This document shows, piece after piece, positions 20,526-30,016 of a DNA stretch of 64,000 bases. The position numbers were made by a program, and so were the translations under genes. Source of the DNA: a virus. Numbering within the stretch: the stretch's first letter is position 1; the number at the start of each line of letters is the position of its first letter. The notes below the pieces were generated by a model, which ran no database searches, was not told the origin of the DNA, and worked only from the letters and a program-made list of their open reading frames with translations. The DNA lies in IMG/VR virus record IMGVR_UViG_3300025117_000028, positions 126,285-190,284 of that record, one strand, 5' to 3'.

Positions 20526-22690
20526 GATTCTTCTTCTCCATCGCTCGTTCTTTTCCGCATTGCTTCGCTTGTGCTTAATTATGGCGCAGTCCTCCTGATG
20601 TCGGTGGCGGCGAGCTTGTCCGGGCCGATGCTTCCGTCTGGCTGGAGGTAGCCTGGTTTGCAATTTTCAACCAAACAAGATGAGCAGGGCATGAGGTCAC
20701 CTAATGTACACCCGTTGTCACACTCGTCTTCATTGTACAACCCACCGAAGTTGTTGGTGGTCAGATGTTGGAGTGTTATTCCTTTGACGTTCATGTTGGC
20801 TCCCTCTGGATTGTCCGGGCCGATCTTGCCGTCGGGCTGGAGATAACCGTATTCGCAACCTAACATGAAAGCACATCTCTCCATCGCCGTGCAGGAACAC
20901 ACTACTTCCTGTGTTTCTCTCGCCATCCTGTAGAGCCCGTGGTATCCGTTCGCGTCGCGGTGTTGCCGTGCGGCGTCGATCACGTACATGCTATCTCCTT
21001 GGATTACTTGTTTCTTGGTACAGTTTCACGGCATCGTCGGCGACTTGTGCCTCCTTGGCTTGTTTGATCTTGCGGTACACTGTTACCGCGTTGTCGGCGG
21101 TTTCCCAGGAGATGTCTCCCCCGTTGTACCGCAGTGTTTCAATGAACGCCGCCGCCCATATCAGCCGCTCCATGTCGATGGATGTGGTTGTGGGCCTTTG
21201 GTTTTCCTTGAAGTCATCGATAATATTTTCAGTAAAGCTCATTTCGCCTCCTTGTCTTGTTTATCTTCTTCTTCATTTTCTTCTCTTTCTTGTATCGCAT
21301 AGAGAATTGCTTCTCGAATAGTCTTTTTCCATTGTTCTTTTTCAATAATGAAAGTCGTAACAAGGTCACTTGGAACTTCCATGGGACATTCTTGGAAACC
21401 AGAAGAAGAAATAGCCCAATGTCCTCTGTCGTCAGAGATAAGAGCATAGCCTTCTTGATCTTCTAACCAATTAATCAATTCACTATCAGTATAAGTATTC
21501 ATGGTTTTTCCTCAAGGTTAAACTTAATTTTTTTCATGTGTCTTATAATATTGATAATAGAGAGGAAGAACTTGCTGTATAAATTCACTTGGGAGAACAA
21601 TATTCCATAAAAGTTTATAAACACTTGAAATAGCAGACGGACCGCGTATTTCTCCTGAAGTCAGCATGTCCATTATTTCTTTATAGGCCATATAATGTTT
21701 ATCATAAAAAGTTACAGAAGTTTTTTCCTTCCAATATGGGCCTTCGTTTTCTGGAAATCTTTGTTCTTTAAGTGTTACTTGAAAGTAAGACCCTTGATTC
21801 CAATAACCGAATTCAAAAACTAATTGTTGTTGATCTACATAATATTTAGGTTCTTGTCGTGGAGGAGCAACATCTGAAGATAAGTCTTGTATGAACTGAA
21901 TACTTAATCTCATAATTTACTTCTATTATAAAAGGTTGTTTCTTTTGTCATAAACTTTTATTTTTCCCAGCCTACATTTTTACTGGCTTGGACATGATCA
22001 CATGTCCGTTTTTTTTCTACTATTACTTTACTGTAATACTTGCCAGTTTCACCTTGAAACCAAGGATCACCGGCTGGTGCAAATCTCCATTTATATAATA
22101 ATTCTTCATACGAAGCATTTCAATCCGTTGTTTTTGTTGCTCTGTCATATTTCCTCCATAGAAACAAGAGAGTTGATAAAGCCTATATATCCCTTGTCTG
22201 AAAAGGTCTGCTTTATATATTGATACCTTTTATTGTAAGCCAAATAATATCTGCCATCAGAACTACATTGTTTAAGAAGTCTAAGAATAATGTCAAATTT
22301 AGTTTCAAGCAGGCCAAACTGATCCTTGCTGATTGCCTTTGCTTCTTCTTCGAATTCATCAAATAAGTCCAAAATAGCTTGTTCATAGCCACATTCATTG
22401 CACATATTAGCCTCTATTTTTCTCTTTAATTTCATTAAGAAGTTCTACAATTGTATCCGCCTCACTTTTTTTACGTGGAGGTGGTGGAGGTGGAGGAGGT
22501 GGCTTTGGAAAAGATGGCGGTGGATTTATCCGATACCCTTTATAAAAAGATTTTGGGAGAGTATAAAGTAAACATATATAAATAAAAAAGATTGAGACAC
22601 CAATAAACATGATTGTTAAAAAACATGAAAACATAATTTCTCCTAAAAGTTAAGTTTATTTTTATTTCCTTTTTCTTAGCATCTCCAAAT

Positions 22691-23060
22691 GGTATTTATT
22701 GCATAAATTATTGTGCCGCAAATTATTCCAGTTATAGCAATCCACATGCGAAGTTTATCTTCACTTTGATGTAAAAGACGAAAACGCTATAAGCAGCATA
22801 ATAAATATAGTTAAAAATGCTAGTGCTTCGCTACATCCCATAATTTTCTCTTTTATACCTGAATTTTGAAATTCTTCTTTAAAAGCTTTTCGTTCTCCTA
22901 AATATATAATTATAAGGACAAGTAAAATAGGAATTATGGAACACCAAAAACACATAGTTTCTCCTAGAATTTATCCCCAAAGGGTGTTTATTGTATAAAT
23001 TATTGTGCCACAAATCATTCCCGTTATAGCAATCCACATACGAAGTTTATCTTCACTTTC
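22691..23060 (-). repeat. Duplicated ~75-bp segment encoding a small hydrophobic peptide (SEDKLRMWIAITG.ICGTIIY)
   Basis: Near-identical copies at ~22691-22767 and ~22983-23059. Confidence 0.75.
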
Positions 23061-23761
23061 CATATTTCTCCTTTTAAGTAAGGAAATATTCCTAGTTATC
23101 TAAAACAATACGATGATTTACTTGTACAAGTTTAAATTCTATAACTTCAAGAATAAATAAAGGCTTAGTTAGGCGCAAACATCGTTGAGTATATTCATTA
23201 TTCAAACAATGTTTAGCCCGTCTTTCAACTACAGCAAGTTTTGTTGAAGGAATATAGGTCATGTAATCTGAAGGATTACGTGCATGGTCGTTATACCATA
23301 AATTAACTTCGGGAAACCAAATGCCATAGACATTTTCAGTTTGCATATCGTTTTAACTCTCTTTTATTTTATTAGAGATATCTATAAGTTTAATTTTTTA
23401 AAGCGCAAATACTTGTTTTATTAACTTCACTGAAAAATCATTTTTACAATTAAAGAGTATAGATAAATAAGTAACTATTGTTTTATCAAAAATAATTTCA
23501 TATTTGATTTCTTCTTTAATGTTGTTATCTACAACGTATTTAGATACTTCTTGTCTTAAAATCTTTGCAATTTTTTTATATACATTATCAGTAGGGATTT
23601 TATATTCAAGGTCTTTTAGTAAAAATTCTATCTTCATAATTTCTCCTAAAAGTTGAATTTATTTTTTTATTAAAAATTATCTTAAGCAGTAAGAAATATA
23701 ATAAGAAAAACTAAAACAACACATATTATGATGTATGAAAAGATACACATGTTTTTCACCT

Positions 23762-24025
23762 TTATAAGGTTTCAATTTCTAGTTGTTCAAAATGTATAAG
23801 TTGACTATTATGATACCAATATCCCCATTCACTAATTCGATACCAATTCGGTATGTGATGGGACTCTCTTATATAGCTTATTCTTGGCTCTAGTTTTTCA
23901 CAACGCGGTTGGAAAAGAGTGTGTTCAGGTATTCTATTTCCACGATTTTCATCTTTTAATACGTATATATAAGGATCTAGTAAAAGAACTTTATCTCCTA
24001 TTTCAAATTTAGTTTCTTGAGACAT
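23762..24025 (-). CDS. F.IGD.V family small protein
   Basis: MSQETKFEIGDKVLLLD behind AAGGAG; ends YHNSQL...EIETL like its paralogues. Confidence 0.55.
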   Translation of the reverse strand: MSQETKFEIGDKVLLLDPYIYVLKDENRGNRIPEHTLFQPRCEKLEPRISYIRESHHIPNWYRISEWGYWYHNSQLIHFEQLEIETL

Positions 24026-24859
24026 ATCTCTCCTTAAAACGATAAAGTCTCCCTTCTCTCTCCTGACCACTCTCATCCCTCTAAAGGATAAAAATGCGCA
24101 CAAAATGTTATTATTGTTGATTTTATTGAGGAGAGAAGAAAGGAAGAAATGATTTATTTGAGAGGATGATCCCATAGTTGATCAAACTCTGGTCTCCATC
24201 CTCGGGGAGTTGTTCTGCAATGTAAATGAATGACGATGTCTTTACTTACTGTATGATAACAACGATGCCCTTTAAGATAAGGGCGTGAAAAAGAACCCTT
24301 AGAATTCATTTTGAATTTTGTTGCAGTATCTATATTGGAAACAATTAATGGATTTCTTTTAAGCATACATTTTAAGTATGAATCTCGATCGTCAAGAAAT
24401 GCGCAACTAGCGCTTCTATTAAGATTAAATGATCTCCCTTGCCCCATTAATGAAATTGTAATCAGATTATTACTCATTGTATGAATTTCATGAACGAGTA
24501 ATCGTTCTTTATAATGAGTAAGAAATCTCTTACATTCTATATGGTTACCCTTTACAACAAAGGGTTGAGAATTTTTAGAAAAGCAAATATAAATATGCGG
24601 AGCATCGAATATTCCTTTTTTAAGAGGAAATTCGGCCAGTACTTTATATTGAGGATAATTTTTTCTTTTAGTTTCTTCTTTTAAGACTTGATGGTATAGA
24701 TTTTTTTGTTTTTGAATAAGCATAGTTACTCCAAGAAAATGGGTCAGATGGAGCTTCAGTATGCAGTATTAATCGAAGCCCACCCAACCCGTTATGGAAT
24801 CTTGCCTTCAGTATTTTATAAATATATTAGCGAAGGCAGTATTTCCTTTTTTTTGAAGA

Positions 24860-24930
24860 CGGCATCACTAAGATTCATACTTAGATCTTCTGGTAGACAC
24901 CAGAGGCTCTCTCCTTTGAGCTATGATGCC
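24860..24930 (-). tRNA. tRNA-like gene with non-standard anticodon arm (copy X1)
   Basis: Acceptor GGCATCA/TGATGCC, D stem GCTC/GAGC, TCTGG-TGTCTA-CCAGA (6-nt loop), T arm CTAAG TATGAAT CTTAG. Confidence 0.5.
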
Positions 24931-24938
24931 ATTTTTTA

Positions 24939-25018
24939 TGCCCGAAGTCGGGTTTGAACCGATAGGCTCATTAGCCAGGATATTTTAACCCTGGAGATAC
25001 CATTCCTCCCATTCGGGC
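24939..25018 (-). tRNA. Variant duplicate of tRNA-Leu with remodelled anticodon arm
   Basis: Same acceptor GCCCGAA/TTCGGGC and similar T arm as 25131-25213; CCAGG-GTTAAAATAT-CCTGG arm. Confidence 0.5.
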
Positions 25019-25040
25019 TACTTTTTTTTTAAGAAAAAGA

Positions 25041-25115
25041 CGGCATCACTAGGATTCGAACCTAGATTTTCAACAGCATAAGGGCCGGACGTTCTCCCTT
25101 TTAAACTATGATGCC
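25041..25115 (-). tRNA. tRNA-like gene with disrupted anticodon arm (copy X2)
   Basis: Acceptor GGCATCA/TGATGCC, canonical CTAGG TTCGAAT CCTAG; no 5-bp/7-nt anticodon arm. Confidence 0.5.
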
Positions 25116-25130
25116 CTAATTTTTATGTAA

Positions 25131-25213
25131 TGCCCGAAGTCGGACTTGAACCGACACGACCTATTGGTCAGAAGATTTTAAGTCTTCCGGGTATACCATT
25201 CCCCCATTCGGGC
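25131..25213 (-). tRNA. tRNA-Leu(UAA), no encoded CCA
   Basis: GAAGA-CT TAA AA-TCTTC, long variable arm, GTCGG TTCAAGT CCGAC. Confidence 0.92.
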
Positions 25214-25217
25214 TACT

Positions 25218-25454
25218 TTATAAGGTTATAGTTTCCATTTCATTAAGAAGTTTAAATTGACTTCTATGATAATAAGCTGGACTACCATTTAACATAACCC
25301 AATCAGGGTATTTTTCGTAACAACTCATTACAGTATATATTTGATAAGGTTTTAAGGCTCCTTCTCCGTAGGATCTTCCTCGCTTTGTAAGAGTCACACG
25401 ATAAATATTTCTATTTGTAAGAAATACTTGGTCTCCAATTTTAAATTGCGGCAT
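25218..25454 (-). CDS. F.IGD.V family small protein
   Basis: MPQFKIGDQVFLTN...YHRSQF. Confidence 0.6.
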   Translation of the reverse strand: MPQFKIGDQVFLTNRNIYRVTLTKRGRSYGEGALKPYQIYTVMSCYEKYPDWVMLNGSPAYYHRSQFKLLNEMETITL

Positions 25455-25460
25455 ATAACC

Positions 25461-25709
25461 TCATAGAATTATAACTTCTATTTCTGTGATAGGAATGAAT
25501 TGACTAACGTGAATCCAATATGTGTTTCTGTTCAATCGATACCAATGTAGAAAGTCTAAATTTTCACCGGTTTGTGTTATTGTATATTTTTGCTGATTTT
25601 TTAGATAATCTTTTATAATTAGTGTCCCTTTGACTTCATCTGTATTCATGAGATAGACGTTACCATCGGTTAAGAATACTTCATCTCCGATTTTGAATTG
25701 TTGGCGCAT
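25461..25709 (-). CDS. F.IGD.V family small protein (start MRQQFKIGD; ORF-track extension overlaps tRNA-His)
   Basis: GGAG RBS; paralogy with 25218. Confidence 0.6.
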   Translation of the reverse strand: MRQQFKIGDEVFLTDGNVYLMNTDEVKGTLIIKDYLKNQQKYTITQTGENLDFLHWYRLNRNTYWIHVSQFIPITEIEVIIL

Positions 25710-25745
25710 ATCATTCTCCCAATCGAAGATGTTTTGTTTAATTAA

Positions 25746-25818
25746 TGTGACCGGTGGGAATCGAACCCACATCTTTGGGACCACAACCCAAAATTCTAGC
25801 CGTTGAACTACGGTCACC
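25746..25818 (-). tRNA. tRNA-His(GUG) with genomic G-1, no encoded CCA
   Basis: G-GTGACCG/CGGTCAC-A, TTGGG-TT GTG GT-CCCAA, GTGGG TTCGATT CCCAC. Confidence 0.92.
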
Positions 25819-25827
25819 ATCTATAAA

Positions 25828-26111
25828 AGTAGTTATCAGGTGTGCTATTACGCCAAAGGCCAGTCTACCATTAGTAGGTTAACACCCCAAATTGTCAGTT
25901 TAACTACCTACTTAAACATCCTGACAATCCCATTTTCATGGCTTGAGTCATCTGTTCCGTCGAACAGACGAGCAGTACGCATACAAGCTCAGGTCTTGTT
26001 TTTATTCACTGACGCGCCAGCAAGCTGCCGAACTCTTAAACGCCTTTGCAATGTTAAGGGGCCACTCTTTAAAAGATGGCTGCTTCTAAGCCCACTTCCC
26101 GGATAACCACT
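25828..26111 (-). ncRNA. Structured ncRNA containing a split mimic of the 23S rRNA uL11-binding domain (H43-H44)
   Basis: GGAAGTGGGCTTAGAAGCAGCCATCTTTTAAAGAGTG ... GCGTAATAGCACAC, enclosed by a 10-bp terminal stem AGTGGTTATC/GATAACTACT. Confidence 0.8.
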
Positions 26112-26139
26112 ATTTTTTAGTTTCAAATTTTCAAAAAAA

Positions 26140-26520
26140 TCACGGCCACACACAACGCGCGTAGAAGTCGATAGTCTTATTGTCGTAGCGGACGTAGCCG
26201 TAGTTGAAATTCACGTCCCATGCGTAGTCGGTGTAGCCGACGAGGAACGACGACGACCAGAATATCTTTGGATACATTGATATAATAATATTTTTCAAAT
26301 TAGAATCAAAGAGTTGAATGAGTTCACCTCTTTCGGGAAGTCTCCCTCCTTGTTCTTTTGCCCAATCCATGGCTTCTTGCCAAGCCATTGGTTTTTCAGC
26401 AATTGGTCCCCATTTCAGTCCTGTTTTAGGATCTTTTTGCCAAGTTGTTTCTTTAACCGGTTGATTGTGTTCGCATTCTTGACATAGTTCCTGTAGTTTT
26501 TCAAGTATTTTACAAGTCAT
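26140..26520 (-). CDS. DUF1566 protein, DGR target with intact variable repeat (26140-26262)
   Basis: MTCKILEKLQELC leader, FWSSS..AWDVNFNYGYV...YARCVWP; NNC codons; conserved downstream TTTTTGAAAATTTGAAACT. Confidence 0.9.
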   Translation of the reverse strand: MTCKILEKLQELCQECEHNQPVKETTWQKDPKTGLKWGPIAEKPMAWQEAMDWAKEQGGRLPERGELIQLFDSNLKNIIISMYPKIFWSSSFLVGYTDYAWDVNFNYGYVRYDNKTIDFYARCVWP

Positions 26521-27367
26521 GATTTTCCTCGTAAAATAAAGAGTTTTTTATTTTTTTTGAAGAATATAAGTATTTTATATTAATTAAAATTATCGTATTC
26601 ACTATCACAATAGCAGATGCACGTTATAGCTATAATACTAATAAATAAAACCGCAAAAACTGTTAAAAACGCCAACGCGAAATGTATTTCTATAATTGCC
26701 AATCCTATAGTTATTGGAACTATAGTTACTATGGTTTGTTTTAATAGATATGGTAAGCTTTTCTTTATTCCTTCTATTTTAGGTAATTCGTTAAAAACGA
26801 CCATTTTATTTACCTTTTTATAAAATGAGTGAATAAGGTAAAAAATTACACCTATAGTAATAAATGCTAAAAGATGTGCAGCCATTATATGGTGTCCTTA
26901 TTTATTGAGTAATACTTTAAGAATTATATGTATATAGTTAACTCGGCTCGTGAAATTTTTTTATTTCAGAGTCTCGCCGGGGTTCGTTTCATCTATTCCT
27001 TGTAAGTTTGCTTGAGTTTCTTGACATACTGGTTTTGGATAGATACTTACGAAGAACAATCCCATTGTGATACTGAAGAGAAATAGGAAGATGAGAATTT
27101 TATTTGTTTTCATTTGATTCCGAATGTTGGTATTGTTGTTTCGGTATTGTTGACACGAGTATCGTGGTGAATATGAGAAATGTACCAAGAATGATTGATG
27201 CTACAGCGAGGAAGTATTTTTGTGGGTTCATTTGGTCCCCTGATCGTCAAGACATTGACATTGTTGTGTTGGTTTTCTTAATTCTATTATGTTTTTTGCT
27301 GTAGTCAAAATAAGTGTAAGGAGAATAGTAGTGAGAATGACCATGATGATGATGAAGTGGTCATCTT

Positions 27368-27871
27368 TCATTTGTTTTCCTCTACGTATTTCTTGGCTTT
27401 TGCCAGGGTTTCTGGGTCTGCCAAGTTGTAGATTTTGATGTTATAGTGTTTGGCCATTCTGAGAGCTTGTTCTGTCCCTCCGACTTCTTTTGCATTTTTG
27501 GTCCAGCAGATTACGAATTTTACAGGTTGGTCTAGGTTTGGTCCTAGAATTTGGTTACAGGTTCGTGCTTGGAGTTTTTTGCCTCCAAGTCGTAGTGCAT
27601 CCCAATTTGGGTGAAATGATTTGGCCATCTTGAGAGCTTCTTCGGTTATATGGAAGTCGCTCGAAGTGTGATCATTAAATTTTGGCCAAGGAAGGAAGAT
27701 GTTTTTGTTTTCTGGATTACTTACGCCTGCTTCAAATGCAGCATCGGCTCCTTGTGCTGCTCCGCTGTAGAGTGTATAACCCTTCGCCTCAAATACTTTG
27801 GCAATTTGGGTCATGAAGTCACAGATTTCTTTTGGAGTTTCGCGCGAGCCAATTCCTGCGTAAGCTTTCAT
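27368..27871 (-). CDS. SLOG/DprA-like Rossmann-fold phage protein
   Basis: YAGIGSRETP, LYSGAAQGADAAFE, QILG, FVICWT, GGT.QA. Confidence 0.8.
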   Translation of the reverse strand: MKAYAGIGSRETPKEICDFMTQIAKVFEAKGYTLYSGAAQGADAAFEAGVSNPENKNIFLPWPKFNDHTSSDFHITEEALKMAKSFHPNWDALRLGGKKLQARTCNQILGPNLDQPVKFVICWTKNAKEVGGTEQALRMAKHYNIKIYNLADPETLAKAKKYVEENK

Positions 27872-28249
27872 GGTTTACTCCTTGGAAAAAAGGCAAGTGA
27901 AGGCTCGGATTTACTTTTTACCGAGATCTCATACTTTGATGTGTTTTAGCTTTAAACTACCTTCACTTGTTTTTATATCATTGAGAACTCTTAGTATTAT
28001 AACTATTTATGCTCCTTGCTGAGCTTACTTAGCCGTCGGGTAGTGTCATAAGGGTTCCTCCCCTGGCGTTCTAGACATTTCTACACGAGGTTTCAATTCT
28101 CCACCCCAGGGCCTTTTATGTCATACCCAGGACAAAAAGTGATAAGAGCCCCCTCCCGCTCGTTATCGTGGCTTTCCTGCCTGAACGACCTTTTGAGTGA
28201 TCAGTTCTAAGGTGTAAGCCTTGCCTTGCGAGCTTTTGCCCGCTTTTTT

Positions 28250-28441
28250 TTACAGAGTTGGTGGCGTTGAGTCGCCTTGTTTTTCAGGGAATTTTTCGTT
28301 GAGCTTATCCCTGAGTGGTTTGCCTACTTGCGATGCTTTGACGGCCAGTGGACCGCCTACTGCCTTGAATCCTAGAAGTCCTAGGAAAGTTCCAAGCGCT
28401 GTTATCACCAACCAGATGATTGAGTCTAGGATGAACTGCAT
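28250..28441 (-). CDS. Small single-TM protein, paralogue of 16540-16668
   Basis: GAGGTG RBS; hydrophobic N-terminus. Confidence 0.6.
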   Translation of the reverse strand: MQFILDSIIWLVITALGTFLGLLGFKAVGGPLAVKASQVGKPLRDKLNEKFPEKQGDSTPPTL

Positions 28442-29175
28442 CGGACACCTCGTTTTGTTTAAATGCCAGAAATTTTTTGTCACTCAACGACGTGAAGTTT
28501 GTTTTGTCTTTCTTGTTCGAGACTTTTGTACATGCTCTTGATAACTGCGTTTCTATTGTGAATGATAGCGTAGATAGCGCCTGTGATGCCTCCGAGGCAC
28601 GCCATACCGATGCTGATAGCAACCAGTGCCCAGTATGAGAATGTTGCTAACCACCAGATGATGTAGGGTCCAGCGAAGATCATGGTGAGCATATATAGGA
28701 TCCATGCTACTACTACTTTAGTGCTCATGATTTTCTCCTGTTAGGTTTCAAGTTTATTTTATGTCAATCTTGACATTTGCAAGTGCCGCATTGACATTGT
28801 TCGTCTTCGTAGTTGTCGTAGTATTGTTGAAGTTGTTTGAGTTCCTCCTTGTAAGAGCGCGCAAGGTTTAGTTCTTTGAGGTAGAGACTTGGGTGTTTTC
28901 GCGCCGCAAGCTCTTTCTCCTTGATGAGATCCATGAGATGCGATAGTGTTCCTTGATATCCTAGGCCACAGTTGAGTAATTTCATTGCGGTACGTGGCTC
29001 GATTTTTTCTCCGATCATATTGTCGATGATCTTGGAGATGTAGCTCATATTTTCTCCTTGTATGGTGTCTGGAATTTCTTCCAGTGGTACGAAGCAAAGA
29101 TCAACGATCATTTTTTCCCTTGTTGTCCTAACCAGCAGATTGCTAAGCCAAGTACAATTGTTGTTGCAACACTAA

Positions 29176-29697
29176 TTATTGTGGCCATTCTTCGTCCTTT
29201 TCGAGGTCGATTTTGGTTGGTTCAGGAACGTATGGACCAGTGATCGTTTCGACGATATCTTTGGCGTCTTTCAAATGTGTGTTGGTGAGTTGCTTGTAGT
29301 TTTTGATCCAGATGATCTTTTTGTTGCGTGCCTCACCGTAGAAGTAGTCGTAGAGTGTTTTTGCGATCAGTTTGTCGGTTGCGGTTGAGGGGGCGAGTGT
29401 CATGATCAAGCTGATGAGTAACGGGTATTGGTTGTCTGTAATAGCGTTGCTTATTCTTTTTTTGAGGTTTGTGATTGTCTGGTAGTATTGGTCACCTTTT
29501 TTTTCTTCTTGTATTAGCGAGTATTTGAGTGATTCGATGACATCTTGTTGGCTGTCAATTTTATCGAGTAAAGTTTTGTTTTGTTCGGGAACTTTGTTGG
29601 AAATGAGTTCTTCATTGGGCCAGAATCCATGCTCCTTGAGCGTGTTGGTGATCTCTTGAATGAGCGAGAGGATGTTTTGTGCTTGGGCGATGTCCAT
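29176..29697 (-). CDS. Coiled-coil protein with C-terminal ribosomal bL12 (L7/L12) CTD-like domain
   Basis: NKKIIWIKNYKQLTNTHLKDAKDIVE resembles bL12 KIAVIK.VR..TGLGLKEAKDLVE. Confidence 0.55.
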   Translation of the reverse strand: MDIAQAQNILSLIQEITNTLKEHGFWPNEELISNKVPEQNKTLLDKIDSQQDVIESLKYSLIQEEKKGDQYYQTITNLKKRISNAITDNQYPLLISLIMTLAPSTATDKLIAKTLYDYFYGEARNKKIIWIKNYKQLTNTHLKDAKDIVETITGPYVPEPTKIDLEKDEEWPQ

Positions 29698-30016
29698 GGT
29701 ATTCTCCAGTGAGAAATCGTGGTTATTTTCTGTTACATCGGAAGGTCGTTGATCGTATTGAGAGACGGAATTTTCTTGGCGAATTCTTTCATTCTCTTGA
29801 AGGTGGCTTCCATAGCAAGGTCGGCTTCTGGAAGATTAATTATCTTCTTGAGGTCTTCCCATCCGAGAATGGGGAATTCGGTGATGAAACATGCCGCGAG
29901 AGAAGTCATGAGCGTAGGAAAGTAGTTGATGAGATCCATCTCAGGGAAGTTTTTGCCTAAGATAAGGATGATCTCGCCTGCTGCCTTGTGCATGTTGACG
30001 TCGTTCATGTTGTCGT

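Noticed and set aside
25950-25972. 23S A-loop (H92) mimic CGTC-TGTTC-GACG within the insert
   Set aside because: A longer competing hairpin (TCTGTTC-GACG-GAACAGA) uses the same bases; too short to support.
24706-26106. ORFs 24706-24957(+), 25840-26106(+) and the 5' extension of 25461-25820(-)
   Set aside because: They overlap tRNA or ncRNA genes and are on the wrong strand or lack an RBS.
25828-26111. A genuine 23S rRNA gene or host contamination
   Set aside because: Similarity is limited to ~50 nt in two pieces, embedded among phage genes with its own closing stem.
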